From Octopus sinensis (taxonomy: Eukaryota): a DNA stretch of 64,000 nucleotides. Shown in pieces: positions 23,448 through 38,459 of the stretch (positions within the stretch are counted from its first letter, which is position 1; each line of letters begins with the position of its first letter). The translations under genes were made by a program, and so were the position numbers. Location of the stretch: positions 434,001 to 498,000 of the forward strand of contig NC_043007.1 of NCBI RefSeq assembly GCF_006345805.1. Reading direction: 5' to 3'. Under the pieces are notes generated by a model. The model was given only the letters and a program-made list of their open reading frames with translations. It was not told where the DNA came from and did not search any database.

Positions 23448-24077
23448 AATAATATAAAATGATACCCAACTCTTCGCAGACGGGTAAAGGTATATGATCG
23501 ACCTTGATCACTGTCTGTCTCTCAAAAAACTGCAAGACGCTAATCACATTCTTGATAAATACGCTTTAACAGTCTTCTCTGGTGAGGGAAAGTTTATTTA
23601 ACTGCTAAAATAAATTTATTAACGGTTTAGAAAAATTCTCTGCTTAGTTTTGCACTCCAAATGTGAAAACTAGCAATGGTTTTCTTCTTGTTCTTTTGAA
23701 ATTGAATCAAAACAACAATAGTTTACAAACAACTTCTATACAGATGTCTTTATGTCCAGCAGAATTGTTTTAGAAATATTACCAGAGATAGCATGAAATA
23801 TAAATAAAATAATGAATATAAATTATAGAAAATATCTTTTAAATGCGTAATAAAGCAAACACTGACATGATTAATGTAATGAATCAATAAATAGTAATTA
23901 ATTAACATTCATCGTTACAGCTCTAATTCTAATGAACCAATGTTTCTTGGTACACGGCATTAAATATGCTGGAGTCAACCTGTGTATATTAACCTACACA
24001 CGTGAGCAATGGGGAGGCCGTTAAGCACATTAAGAGTTAACTTTAAAGCCCATACTCTGTTTCTTCATATTTCATAT

Positions 24078-24142
<65 letters not shown>

Positions 24143-24155
24143 CACACACACACAC

Positions 24156-24206
<51 letters not shown>

Positions 24207-24213
24207 TATATTC

Positions 24214-24242
<29 letters not shown>

Positions 24243-24245
<3 letters not shown>

Positions 24246-24534
24246 AGGCACAATGGCCCGGCAGTTACGGCAGCGGAGTCGCGGTTTCGATTCCCAGACC
24301 GGGCGTTGTGAGTGTTTATTGAGCGAAAACACCTAAAGCACCACGACGCTCCGGCAGGGGTTGGTGGCAACCCCTGCTGTACTCTTTCACCACAACTTTC
24401 TCTCACTCTTTCATCTGTTGACCTGCTCGCTTAGCCAGCGGCATGGCGTCATTTGCGGCTAAAACAATGCGAAGCGCATTGTGACCAGCGATGTGTAGCA
24501 GCATCTGATAGTCTGGTTGGTCACGGTGATCACG
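24243..24534 (+). mobile_element. tRNA-derived SINE family C
   Basis: GGCACAATGGCCC..GGCAGCGGA.TCGCGGTTTCGATTCCCAGACCGGGCGTTGTGAGTGTTTATTGAGCGAAAACACCTAAAG. It matches 54549-54859. Confidence 0.85.
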
Positions 24535-24543
24535 GTAATATTT

Positions 24544-24646
<103 letters not shown>

Positions 24647-26263
24647 TACATGTTTCATCATGTTCGCATGTTAATAATTGTGCAAGCAATTTCGTATCTA
24701 TGAAATTATTCTGTAAAATAGGAAAATGAAAGTAAACGACGGAGGAAGCTCTGTTCACCGCCATTTTAGAGATGGCTGAAAATGAAGGTAAGCCAAGAAA
24801 ACTAATGTAAGTAGTGAACATAGACTTGTATGTTAGATTGTTTAAACGATTTCGTCGTCTTTAACACTGTACAGAAATAACTACTGAAATAACTGCTGCC
24901 GATATCATGGACAAAATTTCTTGCATTCCTCGCCTTGTATTTAGTTGCTAACATCATACAGTTCAAATTTTCAAAGTTACTTCTAACGCCTTGTACCACA
25001 ATCTCTGATGAACTCATATATGACATAATAAAAGTGGCATCTTAAAGACAGTCCATCGTCTTCAGAGCAAGTAAATGTCTCGGCTCTGATTTGCCCTAAA
25101 TAGCAAATAAAATCCACATGGGAACACTAATCTCACACCTAGGGTAATGTACTACTACACACAAACACCTTAGCGAGCATTTTTGACTGCACCCGAACTA
25201 CAAACTAAAAATGTCTCTCTCATAAACTGTCTCCTCTCTCAGCCTCATTTACCACTAATACCACAACCGCTACGTCGCGAATTCACACGTTTCGTATCAT
25301 GTGCAGCTGCACCGATTCTGTTCAACATAGTGCTGTTCACGATAATTTGGTTTCTCCCTTTTTGTCATTTTTGCTCCTTTGTTTTGTTACCACGTCTAGA
25401 GCAAATGAACTATATATGCAGAAGTACTTGAATCAGTCTTTTTTCTTTCAAGACCTCAATGAAGCAGTGCTCTGGTATGTTTCTCTGATCTTTAAGGATT
25501 AATAAGGAGTGTATGTCCATTAATGTATGTATTTCTAGCGAGGCCACGTCCGCCTATATATAATTTCTAGGAACATTCACTAACACAAAGAAATATCTTG
25601 AGATACTGTTCCACTAATACAACCACGGTCTTTATTTCAGCTAATGTCTTTGATTGTGTCCCTCGTTGTTATCGATCCAAGTATCGCAACACTGGCGTAT
25701 GAGCTGGTATGTGACATTTCGAATTAGCCTGCCTCTTTCCCCAGTTTTAAAAACTAAGCACGCTGTTCCGCGGTTCTGTCCACAACCTATTGACAGGTCG
25801 TATCTCATAATGCCTGCTTGGAATAGAGCTAATTATTCCTATGGTCTACATCAGATTTCCTGCTTCGCTCCATTTTGAACGAAGCAAAAGTAAATGACTA
25901 CCATTTTTAATTTCTCTTTCTTGAATAAAATATCAGGCAGACTTGTATTTGATACTATATAATTTGAAGGCGGCGAGCTGGCAGAAACGTTAGCACGCCG
26001 GGCGAAATGCCAAGCATATTTTGGGGATCCCCTAATCTTAAGATCATGGGTTCCCACGTTCCTGAGCGTGCGAACCATATTGGCACTGAATATTTTACCC
26101 TGGTTTATTTCTGGATCATGCCATAAGGGTGAAGAAGGGTCTGCAAAGTGCTATGCAAGCCTTATTGGACCTAAAATTTCAGGTTGGACAATCACCAGAC
26201 TGGTGACTATCAAATGATCGGTCGAGTAGGAGGACAGCACAGCAAGCATGGAAGAGACTGGCA

Positions 26264-26492
26264 ATGATGATGATGACGATGATGATGACGGTGATGATGA
26301 CGATGATCATGATGACGATGATCATGATGACGACGATGATGATGATGAGGAGGAGGATTTTATTGTTATTACCATCGTATGTAATGCATAAAGAAGAAGA
26401 AGAAGGAGGAGAAGAAGAAGAAGAAGAAGAAGAAGAAGAAGAGAAGAAGAAGAAGAAGAAGAAGAAGAAGAAGAAGAAGAAGAAGAAGAAGA
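26264..26492 (+). repeat. Compound trinucleotide microsatellite (GAT/GAC)n + (GAA)n
   Basis: Visible tandem triplets; source of the poly-M/E/K ORF artefacts. Confidence 0.95.
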
Positions 26493-26859
26493 GGATATGT
26501 GGGAGTTTATGGCCTGGTCCTCTCCAACATGAAAGTACGATATGGCTAGGGATTAGGGAGGGGCGGATATATTTAATGAATTGAAGTAATTTAGTGATAT
26601 CCATTTCATTGCAAATTAAGTATTATTTTCTTTGTTAATTAGAACTTAATTAGTGGTGAAAGAACGAACAACGATTACAAGACTAACAAGAACAATTTAT
26701 AAATTAGCATCGTCAACTGATCAATGAAGCAGATTTGCTAAATTCTAAAACTGTAGAATGATCGATATCATATTGAACAAAGCAATATGGTTATTCATAC
26801 GCTCATTACAAACGTCTGACAAGGTAAGGTAATAATTTGCACACACAGACACACACACA

Positions 26860-26895
<36 letters not shown>

Positions 26896-28889
26896 GACAC
26901 ACGTGCGCGAGCATATCTATAGTTTACGATGTAGAAATATAGAAAATTCGAGAGAACATGAAATAATTGGATTTTAACTCTACTATGACTGGGAGTAGAT
27001 AAAATTAAGTATCATAACATGTAAATATTGGGTTAAAAAAACTCTTTGAGGAAAAATCGGAAAGGGAGTCGAATGCCAGAACGTTTCATGTGTGCCCAGA
27101 CATTGCAGAAGTTTTAACATCAAACCAAAGAAATACTTTGAAAATTTCTTGTTCACTTTCAAAGCTTGATGGTGTGGGCGTATGTGTGTAATAAAACTGC
27201 ATGTTCTTTCGGGTAAGACTTAAAATTATTAGGTCGAAATTTGGATCCCAGAATCTGACACTGTTCCGTTGGGCAGAGCGCTTGATCTTTTGTTCCATTC
27301 TCATCAGCAAAATTGCTTTAAGCTGATGCAGCACTCCACCCTCTCTCCCTCTCTCCAGCTGCCAGACTTTTCATGTTTCGTTGTCTTGTGATACACACAC
27401 ACACACACCACACACACACACACACACACGCACACACACACACATATATATATATATAATTTAATTAGAGGATGTGTTAACCTCATGAAGGGATAGTTTA
27501 TTGGTTCAATACCGAGTATTTTGGAGGAATGAATTTCCTTTAAATAATCGGTATATATAAAGCATATATTTTATATCCATTTAAAAGAAGATAAGAAAAT
27601 GGAGACTAGGAAGTTAATAATTGTTTGTTATTAACTACAAGTTGGTCATCTCCTAAGTGCCTTTTAAAATGACTTCAGAAGCCCAGATATAACATCCAAA
27701 CATACATCCTTTTTACTCTGAGGAAATTATGCTCATGTCACATAAATGTAAATGTAATGTACAAATTTGTAATTAAATTATTGACTATCAACTGAAACGG
27801 CTGTAAGAACCAAAGATGACTAATTTGTTAATAATAAACAACTATTAACTTCCTTATCTCCATTTTCTTTTGTTCTTTTAAAATGATATAAACTACATGC
27901 TATATATATATGTGTGTGTGTGTGTGTGGTGTGTGTGTGTGTGTGTGTGTGCACTTGTGTATGCATATATGCATACCTACTTACACTATTCTCCTTCACG
28001 ATGGAAACGTAAAATCGAAAGTCAGAGTTAATTTGCTTGTGTCGACGTAGATACCAATACATTTTAAAATTAAAACAGTAATGGCTCTAGTCTGTTTTCC
28101 AAATGTAAAAGGATTACAGAACTGATTTCTCTAACATAGAAAATATCACCCCGGTGCAACGAATACTACACATAGGCATCATATTCATATTGTTACATTT
28201 TTATTTTACCATTATTATATTTAGTTACACATTTGAATATTTCTAACTCTCAACAACATATAACTATTATTATTTTATTACAAGCGATTCATATTAGATT
28301 TCTGAACTATTTTGAAAAGTTTTTGTGAATATCAAACGGTCGTCGATATTATTAATAATTCCAATTTTTGATATTCGCCAATCATCCTTAAAGGTGGATT
28401 TACGCAAGAATTGTGAATTTTCAATATTTTATATTTTTTTAACTGACGTCGTATATTGAAAACTTTAAACGGATTTATATACATTGATCAGTAGTCGTTC
28501 TTTTTTCCATTTATACATGTATGTGTGTGTATGTGTGTTTGTGTGGTGTGTGTGTGTGTGTGTGAGGGAGAGAGTGGTAGAATTTTTTGCATACACACAA
28601 ACACACACATACACACGCGCGCGCACATATATATTTATTATACATACGCACGTATATAAGAATATGAATCTCGTACACGTTACGCATACGTATATATATA
28701 TATATAAAGAGAGAGAGAGGGAGAGAGATACATATATAGAGAGAGATATAAATAAATACATATACATATATACATATATATATATATATATTATATATAT
28801 ATATATATATATACATACGTACATACATATATAATATATATATACACACACAAACATACACACTCACACACATGCACATACACACACAC

Positions 28890-28934
<45 letters not shown>

Positions 28935-29339
28935 GTCGGAACACCCAATTGCAGTATTGCAAATCAACCATAACAGGGAAATATAATTAGAAATTAATAA
29001 CATTATGGTTATGACTTTCATAAGAATGTTTTATCCACGACAAAATCAACTGTAACTTGCCTGTGAACGATGTATATACATCAAATAGGTACATGGAGAC
29101 GTCAAAATATCGTCTGGGCATGTGGCTGGTTGAGAGCGCACGTCATAAATATAGACTGAAAAGGCCGGGATCTTCTAGAGGTTTTGTGTTTTCAAACAAA
29201 ACACGACCACAAAAGATTTTATCTCAGACGAATACCGGAGTTGCTTGCCTATCAACTGTATATCTTCGTTAACTAGCATACTTCATCGATGGCTATTTTT
29301 AGTCAATAGTACTTAGAATCTGCACTGGGAATAGTGTGT

Positions 29340-29876
<537 letters not shown>

Positions 29877-32800
29877 AGAATTCACAGAGTGCGTATTTAT
29901 GTGTCGATGTATATAGATATATATTTGTGTGTGTGTTTGTGTGTTACTAAATTAAGTATCATCTTTGATATAACAAGTGTATGAGATGTGTATCTGTGTA
30001 GTCATGCGCGTGATTCCGTGCGTGCTCGTGTCTGCTAATATCACTAAAATAAACATACCTCTTTGATGTTACGAGCGTATGAAATATTTAAAAAATCTAC
30101 AATATTCTCGTTGCATGAAATCAATGATATTATTAGACAGTAACAGTATTTTATTTATTTCTGTGGAAACCTTTCCGGAATCTATTATAATATCTATACA
30201 GAACACAATGGAGTTATTTTATCGATGGTTTTTGGTGTGGCTTCCTTTTTTGTTTTGGGATCTGTCGTTGAGTTTTGCTATCGTTGTTGTTGGAGACGCT
30301 TTTAATTATTCCCTTTCGTTTCAAATCGATCTGCCAGACCCTATACGAAGAGTAGAAGATTATTGATTTGCACTTCGTAGCATCCACGCATCTAGTATAC
30401 ATAGTATTTTATCAGATATTGTATCTAATATTTAATATTTTCCAAGCAAATATCTTGTACTTCATTTTGACTTCGTCGCTTGATGTTTTGTGTATTGTTT
30501 CAATCTTATTAGTATTGCCTTCGCCATCATTGATTTTTGTTGCTACTATTATTGCTTTTTTCTTTGTTATTTGTTAAGAACAAGGCGCTGAATTGATAAG
30601 GACCTTCAATTTGAAATGAAATCAAAATGATGAATAGTAAAATATAAGCATCATTTTAAAATTACAAGAAGAAAAACAGGAATTATGGTTTTCGATTTTA
30701 TAGTATGCTGATTTCATTGTCTGTCTGTAGCCATTTTTCTTCTCTTACGTTGGTAAAAGTTGCTTTAAAAAAACAACGACTCCTCGATCCTGCTAATTTT
30801 TATATTTTAGTCGAGTGGTTGAAAATGGTAAAATCAGTGAGGTCGATGCGTAGCCGAATACCAGAGAATTGACATTCTTAGTAGGAAGGGTTAGAATTGC
30901 TGGTTGCGTGTAAAACATAGTATGGGAGATTAAAGGATAACAGAGTGGTGTCAGACATATCTAGTAAAGTGATAGTATACAATTAGCGAGTGCTGAATTG
31001 CAGAAATCGATGAAATAGACAAAATGAGGAGACAGTGTGTCTTAGGGGCTGAATGTTTGTACAAATGTAAGGAAATTCTTCAATAGCAGGAAACATACAT
31101 AACAGAAATATAAAAAAATTATTTGAAACATTCAGTGAAACTTCCACGCGATTATAGGAAGCAAAAATGGAAACGAAAGGAAGTTTAGAAACAAGTATTC
31201 ACTTAATGAGGTCTAAAAGATACTTGTTTCACATTGGAATCACAGAACACTTTCGTTGGAGTCGACTTTCGTCTTATGAATCGGGTAAATTACTTGAATC
31301 TTATATATTTTATGAAATCTGGTGGCGGGATTGGATATAAAAACCATCACAGTCGCTCAATGTAGGTTTTGGTTCCAGTCTGTATCTATAGATGAATAAA
31401 CATTTACTTCATGTTTCGTAGCTTTTACGCCAATTTACTCGTAAATATCACTCACTGATGCTTAATCCCTAAGGTTTACAAAACAACCGATCTTATCCGT
31501 CTATAGAAAAGCAGAACTGACTGAACTGACCCTGTACATTAGCGGTACTTATCTCATTTATGGCTCATGAAATGACGACAGGCAAAGTGAAACCTAGAAT
31601 CAATGACTTTAGAGAGAAATCATATGTTAGTCTTTTCAAAGCTGCAATAATTATGTAACCCCGAGTTCCCTATATAGCTTTTTATTGATAAGATACACCA
31701 ATATTTTGTTGAGGTTTGCCAATCAGGTTTGCATACAGAGTATGAATGAAACTATTAAGATATCGTATCATAAAAATGTGCTGAAAAAATGTGATCAAAT
31801 ACAACATAACTGAATAAAAGAGATTAGTGAAAAGCAATACGTATTACTGTATAGAATAACAGTACAGAGATAAAATAGTATAAGGAAATATATGAGGTTG
31901 AACAGATCAACGCTGGCAGTTGTATTAGTAACACTTCCTTTCAACATAACAAATTGAAAACTGCATGTTATCACCAAAATATAAACGAAGTGCTAGAAGA
32001 GATACGAATTCCACCTGGTGATCCGTCATTTTCTTTGTGTTTGTTATCGTATATTTTATTCCCAAGTTTATATTCAATATGAAGGGGAATGCATATTATA
32101 TAAGGAAAAGTGAAAAGAAAGCTAACAATATCGTGCAGCGTATTTACATATGCAGCAGGCAAAATGAAAGTAATCTTCACGCAGGTGGAAATGGGTTAGG
32201 TGATCTTCGCTGTTAGCTCAGACACCGCACAGAGAAAACAAAAACAGACCATTAGTTACGATCTGTAGCAAAGCATGAATTAAGAAAAAAACCGAAAGTA
32301 TACATTCACTACACTCAGAAACGATGTATTTGCTGGTAAAAATGAGCGAAATAACTTTACTGCACCAGACAGGATATAAACAAACGAAGCTTAATAATAA
32401 GCACATATAGAAAAACCTAAACTTTTTAAAAATCTTAAGGTTATATGATTTGACAGAATACAATCTGAGGAATTACAACCGTGTTTCGGGGTCTGCTACC
32501 ATAACAGCTCCTTTATAGGATCCAGTTAGCTCAAGACATCATCAGGAGGAACCACGTCCGGTAATGGCCCCTACTCCTCTACCGTTTTGACGTGGCGGGG
32601 CCCTCATTTTCGGAGGTGTCTTCAGCTCTGGTGTCTTCAGCTCTGGTATATGTCTTCTTTCTTCTTCTTTCTTCTGTTCCCTGGCCTCTTCGATGTAATG
32701 TCAGCGAGTGTCCCCAAAGCGATTAGAAAATCTCTTTAGTTACATATGATTGAAAACCTTATATACTAAAAGAAGTTCTCGTTATATCTCTGCTATATCT

Positions 32801-33714
32801 ATGTTTCTTTCACTGGGCATTAAGAGAATTGTGTTATTGTTTGCGCTTCTGTTAAGAGAGAAAGAGCAGCACGGTGATCATTTTGTAGCGGTTCAGACTT
32901 GTCTGAAAGATGTGAAAGAGAGCGAGCGAAGTGGTTCGAATATGTGTAATGGTGGTGTTAAATTACCACAACTAATGAAGAAACTATCACCCCGACTGGT
33001 TTCACTCAAAATGACGTGGGTCCACCGACGATCTGGTATGAAAGACTTCTATCAAGGTGGCGCGCATAGGAACAAATCTGGGATCACGTGAGGCTGCAAA
33101 GTGAACTCTGACTATACGTCATATCTGAAGAGCAAGTGTGTTTTTATGCGAATATCAGTTACATATGTAGAAGGCTAAATCCTGTTGCCCAACAATAAAT
33201 ATGTTCTTGGATATTAGTGCGTGGATGGATATCTTCACTGCAAAATATCAAACATAGGAAAGAATGACAAACGCAGAGAAAAAAACTATAATAGAATATA
33301 CAAAAAATTTTTGGCACGTAAATAAACTGAAACAAGTCTTTAGCTTGTTACTGTCATCAGTACATATATTAATCTACAACAATAACTGAACAGCGTACAC
33401 TGGTTCAGTTTTTGTTGTAGATTAATAATTTATATAAGTGAAGATGGAGATGTAAAAAAAATGCTAGAAGGAATTCATTAGTAAGGAGAAACAGAGTGTA
33501 GAAACGGATGTAGGAACTATCACTTTATTACAATTGAATTCTGTGGAGTAGATAAACTGGAAGCGAAGATTAATGCAAACGTATGACAGAAAAAGAAAAC
33601 GAGATAGGAGCATAATGAGTAGAAAACAGTCTTCATATATACCCGTTTCATAGTATTTGCTAATAATGTTAATAAAACCAAAATTGATTAAAAGTAATGA
33701 TGTTCTTATATATT

Positions 33715-34346
33715 GGTATAAAATTCTAGCACAATACCAGCAATTTCGGGGAAGGGAGTATATAGATTATATCGACTCCAGTACTCCACTGGTGCTTATT
33801 TTATCGGCCCCGGAATGATGAAAGAACAAAGTCCACCTCGGTGGAATTTGAACTCAGAACGTAAAAACGGGAAAAGTACTGCTAAGCATTTCGCCCGGCG
33901 TGCTAACCATTCTACCCGCTCCCGCCTTAAAACTGTTATATATTCTTTTCTACTCTAGGCACAAGGTCCGAAATTTTGAGAGAAGCGGGGGGGCAGTCGG
34001 TTAGATCGACCCCAGTACGCAACTGATACATACATTATCGACCCCGAAAGGATGAAAGTCAAAGTCGACCTCGGCGGAATTTGAACTCAGAACGTGAAGA
34101 CAGACAAATACCTATTTCTTTACTACCCACAAGGGGCTAAACACAGAGAGGACCAACAAGGACAGACAAACGGATTAAGCCGATTATATCGACCCCAGTG
34201 CGTAACTGGTACTTATTTAATCGAACCCGAAAGGATGAAAGGCAAAGTCGACCTCGGGGGAATTTGAACTCAGAACGTAACGGCAGACGAAATACCGCTA
34301 AGCATTTCGCCCGGCGTGCTAACGTTTCTGCCAGCTTGCCGCCTTA
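33715..34346 (-). mobile_element. SINE B monomer (33715-33928) plus dimeric SINE B (33943-34346)
   Basis: The GAAAGGATGAAAG.CAAAGTCGACCTCGG core occurs three times. The dimer joins a headed monomer to a headless monomer ending in ...CCGAAATTTTG..TAGAGTAGAAAAG; the same junction occurs at 48709-49110. Confidence 0.85.
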
Positions 34347-34638
34347 ATACTGTTGCATATTAAAGTAGTTATTGGTTCCTATGGAAATTTGATCAGGAGA
34401 AATGCAAAATCTGTGAATATTAAATTACTTTTCTAAATCTATATTTACTGAAAATTTAAGCAAATTATATATTTTGAAATAACCTAAAAAGAAATGAACA
34501 ACAGTATTTATTTTCATGTTTTTTTGTTTCTAGTAATCATATTTTTGTTGCATAGCGTCACTTTGCATTACGCAGAGGTAAGGTATTTTGCTTTGATTTT
34601 CATCTTGCATAGTTTTTAAAGAATTCTATATATGATGC

Positions 34639-34935
34639 TGTGGAGGCACATGGACTATAGGCTAGAGCAGCGGACTCGCGGTCGAGGGTTCGCGGGTTCG
34701 AATCTCAGACCGGGCGATGTGTGTGTTTATGAGCGAAACACCTAAGTACCACGCGGCTCCGGCTGAAGGTAATGGCAAACTTCTGCTGACTCTTTCGTCA
34801 CAACTTTCTGTTACTCTTTCGTCTTGCAGCTCACCTGCGATGGACCGGCGTCCCGTCCAGGTCGGGAACCTATACCCCCGGGAAACCGGCCCTTATATGC
34901 CAGGCATGGCTCGAGAAGGGACAGACAAAACAACA
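34639..34935 (+). mobile_element. SINE family C2 (tRNA head, CORE-like, V-like domain)
   Basis: GTGGAGGCACATGG..GCGGGTTCGAATCTCAGACC..GAGCGAAACACCTAAG..CCTGCGATGGACCGGCGTCCCGTCCAGG. A partial minus-strand copy lies at 59681-59862. Confidence 0.85.
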
Positions 34936-36355
34936 ATATATGAAGCCGTCGTGTCATTTTCATTAAGCTTCAGATATTTTTAAATCCTGGGATTTAGGTT
35001 ATGGATAGTTCTATTTTTCTCAAGGCACTTTATATTATACTGGCTGCTTCTGTTGTCAGTCGAAACACTTTAGCTATCTTTATTTTCAGATCTTTATATT
35101 TGGATAAGTGCGCCGAACATTTTTAATATAGAAAAAAAGGAACAGTGTACGAAAGTGCAATGGGAAATAAGAACAATTTTTTCTTTCCTTTTGGTTTTGC
35201 TGACATGGGTACATATACAAACAGAAACAGAATGCAACCGACATGTTTCTCTCTGAATAAATCATATTCAATGTACATCAGTTGAAGTGTTATTTCATAC
35301 AAATACCTCAATGAAAACGTAGTGTCTACGCCGTAGAGGAAAAACTCTAAAAAACAGAAAGCTAATAACTAGAAAGAGTTGATTATTAAGGAAAAAATAT
35401 ACAGGAGTGATAAATGAAATGTTTCTTTGTTGCAAATGAATTCTGAGAAACAGATGGAAAAAAAATACAAAATTAAGACGAAAAAAATTACCAAAAAAGA
35501 CAACTTGGGAGAATCCCCAAAGATTCGTTGATATTGTCGTGAATATTCAAACATATTTTGCGGAGTAGTAGAGATAATTATACTAGTACTACAGAGGAAT
35601 TGGTTAAGAATCCGTATAACAGTAAAAAATGACTGAAAGCAACGATGACATGGTAATAATTTATATTGGTTTCTAAAGGAATTTGATTGGGAGAAATGAG
35701 AAATTTGTGCTTTTTTAATCCTTTTCTTTTCTACATACACGAATAGTGAAATGGGGATGGAGGTAGCATGTCTTGAAAAAATCCAAAGAAATAAAAATAA
35801 CAAGTGATTATTATTATTTTTTTTAGTAATCTTATTATTGTATACAACCGAGTATGGCTCCGCATGTTGGATATGTGTAGCGTTTTGCTTTAATCTTGTA
35901 TATTGTATTTCGTGATATTATTGAAAGTTCTCTTCTTAGGCATATCCCTTCACATCCTTACACACAACAAAATATTAACGCTTCCTCCCAGATAAATTAT
36001 TGATAGCTACGCTGATAATATTCTAGGAATAAGGAAAATGAAGCTGAAAATACCGGAGAGTCTCATCCATTTTCTAAAGTAGTTTTATTCTTGGAAAACT
36101 ACTGTCTAGTGTCGAAAAGATGCTTTCGTGAATTATACAGTCCTCAAACTTTCTACCTCCCGATCTGCAGCCGATATTTTTGGTCCACCAGGTATACTGA
36201 GTCATTTTTGTATCTTCTAATCAATAATGGTTCTTTAAACAACACTGCAACAGAGAAAGTCTCCACCTCTGCTGGTCAGTTTGTATCCTACTTTGCAAAA
36301 CATACATTCGACTAGTCTCCGCCAAACGTATCCTCTTCTTTCCATCTGATTCCCC

Positions 36356-36587
36356 TTATTTCTTTATTGCCCACTAGGTGCTAAACACAGAGGGGACAGA
36401 TAAGGAGAGACAAACGGATTTAGTCGATTATATCTACCCCAGTGCGTGACTGGTACTTATTTAATCGACCCCGAAAGGATGAAAGGCAAAGTCGACCTCG
36501 GCGGAATTTGAACTCAGAAAGTAGCGGCAGACGAAATACCGCTAAGAATTTCGCCCGGCGTGCTAACGCTTCTGCCAGCTCACCGCC
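36356..36587 (-). mobile_element. SINE family B, full-length, with 17-bp TSD
   Basis: Flanked by TTTCCATCTGATTCCCC (36339-55) and TTTCCCTCTGATTCCCC (36588-604). Confidence 0.9.
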
Positions 36588-36899
36588 TTTCCCTCTGATT
36601 CCCCATTCCGCGTACATACCAAATTCTAAAAATATCTCTAGTTTTTAAGAAGAAGCAAAGCCATTAGCAATAAAATTTCTTCTCAATTACACCCGGTGTT
36701 TGCACCCAAGAACCTTTTTGATCTCCAAGCCCTTTGCTTTCTCATTCTCTCTGGAGATATACCCTGAAATTTGCAAAAACCTCTCAGTGTGCCTCATTCC
36801 AGTGAATCATAACTCATCTGAAGCAGCCAGTTTTTCCTTGGAGATCTCTTGTACGACTGATGCAGAACCAGATATACAGGAGATCTAATCTCTTATGCC

Positions 36900-38200
36900 A
36901 CTCGCCAGAGGGCATTCGCTTTAGAGAGATTCAGTTATAGATTGTTTGTTGTTGGCCTCTACATTAGTAAACCCTTCGATCGTTTCTGGTATGCAAACAT
37001 TTAAAGCTTCGGACTATATCCATCTTTTTTATTAGTATCTTTCTATATTATCCCATCATCGCGGCATCTGTTGACCGATCACATTTTGAGCTACTCTCAA
37101 CCAACTGCGATATCTCCCAGAGTGTGTTTTACCTTAACTCATTTCCTTTGGTGCACTAGTGACGTACTTGCCGCCATATCCTATTTCCTTACTATTCACA
37201 AGGGGTTAAACAAAGAGAAGACAAATAAGGACAGACAAACGAATTAAGTCGATTACATCGACCCCAGTGCGTAAATGGTACTTATTTAATCGACTCCGAA
37301 AGGATGAAAGGCAAAGCTGACCTCAGCGGAATTTGAACTCAGAACGTAGCGGCAGACGAAATACGGCTACGCATTTCGCCCGGCGTGCTAACGTTTCTGC
37401 CAGCTCGCCGCCTTCTTGCCGCCATATCCAACAATGACCACTCTTATGTAGACGTCACGATCAATTTTTCCATCCTACGTTTCGCAACCATGCATCATTG
37501 CTTCGCATATAGACATTTAATGCCAAATCTGATTTCATACACAGCAGGACATTTTCACTTATGTTTCACTTAACAACAAAATTTTCAAGCATTGATCTAT
37601 CAAGAAAACACTGCTACGCCGCACTCCTATTAAACACGATTGGCACTCAAACGTGCTTCAAATGATGGGTTTCAGTATCCCCGAGTATCTTTTCTAGCTA
37701 AAACAAACTCTTAGCATAGCGAGGCCCACATCCCAATGACAGGCCTTTCTTCTCAAGGTCAGGAAATATTTTAGCCTCTAACACTTGCTGATACACCAAA
37801 AAACTCAACTTAGGTTGATTACTATAATCAATTAGGTTGATTTTAGTTATCTATAATCAGCTGCTCCAAGCAGTTTTGTCGCAACTCACGTAGATATCAA
37901 GAGATTTGCAGTCCGACTTAGTAGAAATCGATCTCGAACGGACACGCTTCAGTCTCTGACGCCTTTGTATCTCTTTTGTCTTTTCTATCAGTAGTAAAAC
38001 GATCTCTATTCCTCGGTGATTATTAGTCCAGTAATTCCACTATTTAGAAATCCTTGATCCATCTGTCTTTCCCCTATTATCACTGTTGCCGATGTCAACC
38101 CTCTCACCTTCGCACAAGCTATTACGGATAATCCTTTCTCTCCAGACTATACTCACACTGTAAACTTCTCCGACTAAACGGTTGCAGCTGATTTAAGTAT
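36900..38200 (-). mobile_element. Possible very old RTE/RTE-X LINE relic, interrupted by a SINE B
   Basis: Only a weak motif: minus strand ...ICEAMMHGCET*DG... near 37480-37510 resembles AMLHGSETW. Many stops. Confidence 0.25.
37182..37414 (-). mobile_element. SINE family B, full-length, with perfect 15-bp TSD
   Basis: CTTGCCGCCATATCC at 37167-81 and 37415-29. Confidence 0.92.
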
Positions 38201-38459
38201 TAAGCTAATGCGACGATATTTTCTTTCATAGTTGTCTGTTGTAATATATGAAGTTCATCGATTCCTATAAAATTGGCATGTCTGTGTAGTCTAAATAATT
38301 TTATCACTTTTTTTCTATTCCTACGATGGTTTTAGTGCTCTTAATTACTAGGTGATTTGCACTAATCGCATTAATCACTCTCATAAATATGTGCACTCTC
38401 TGTGGCAGTGTTTCTACTTCTTTATCATCCGTTGTATACAACATGGAGTCGTTCAAGAA

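Noticed and set aside
29057-29272. 71-aa ORF in unique sequence
   Set aside because: It has a non-ATG start, no homology I recognise, and no splice support.
32470-32552. Minus-strand CTGATGA...GAAAC with a long imperfect hairpin between
   Set aside because: No stem I can form (TTCCTC versus GTAATT).
32750-33091. 113-aa ORF as a gene
   Set aside because: It starts at a TTG and has no domain. Another frame shows only a faint RTE-like RxxWFxxV/GxPxxW pattern, so it is more likely an old LINE relic, but too weak to list.
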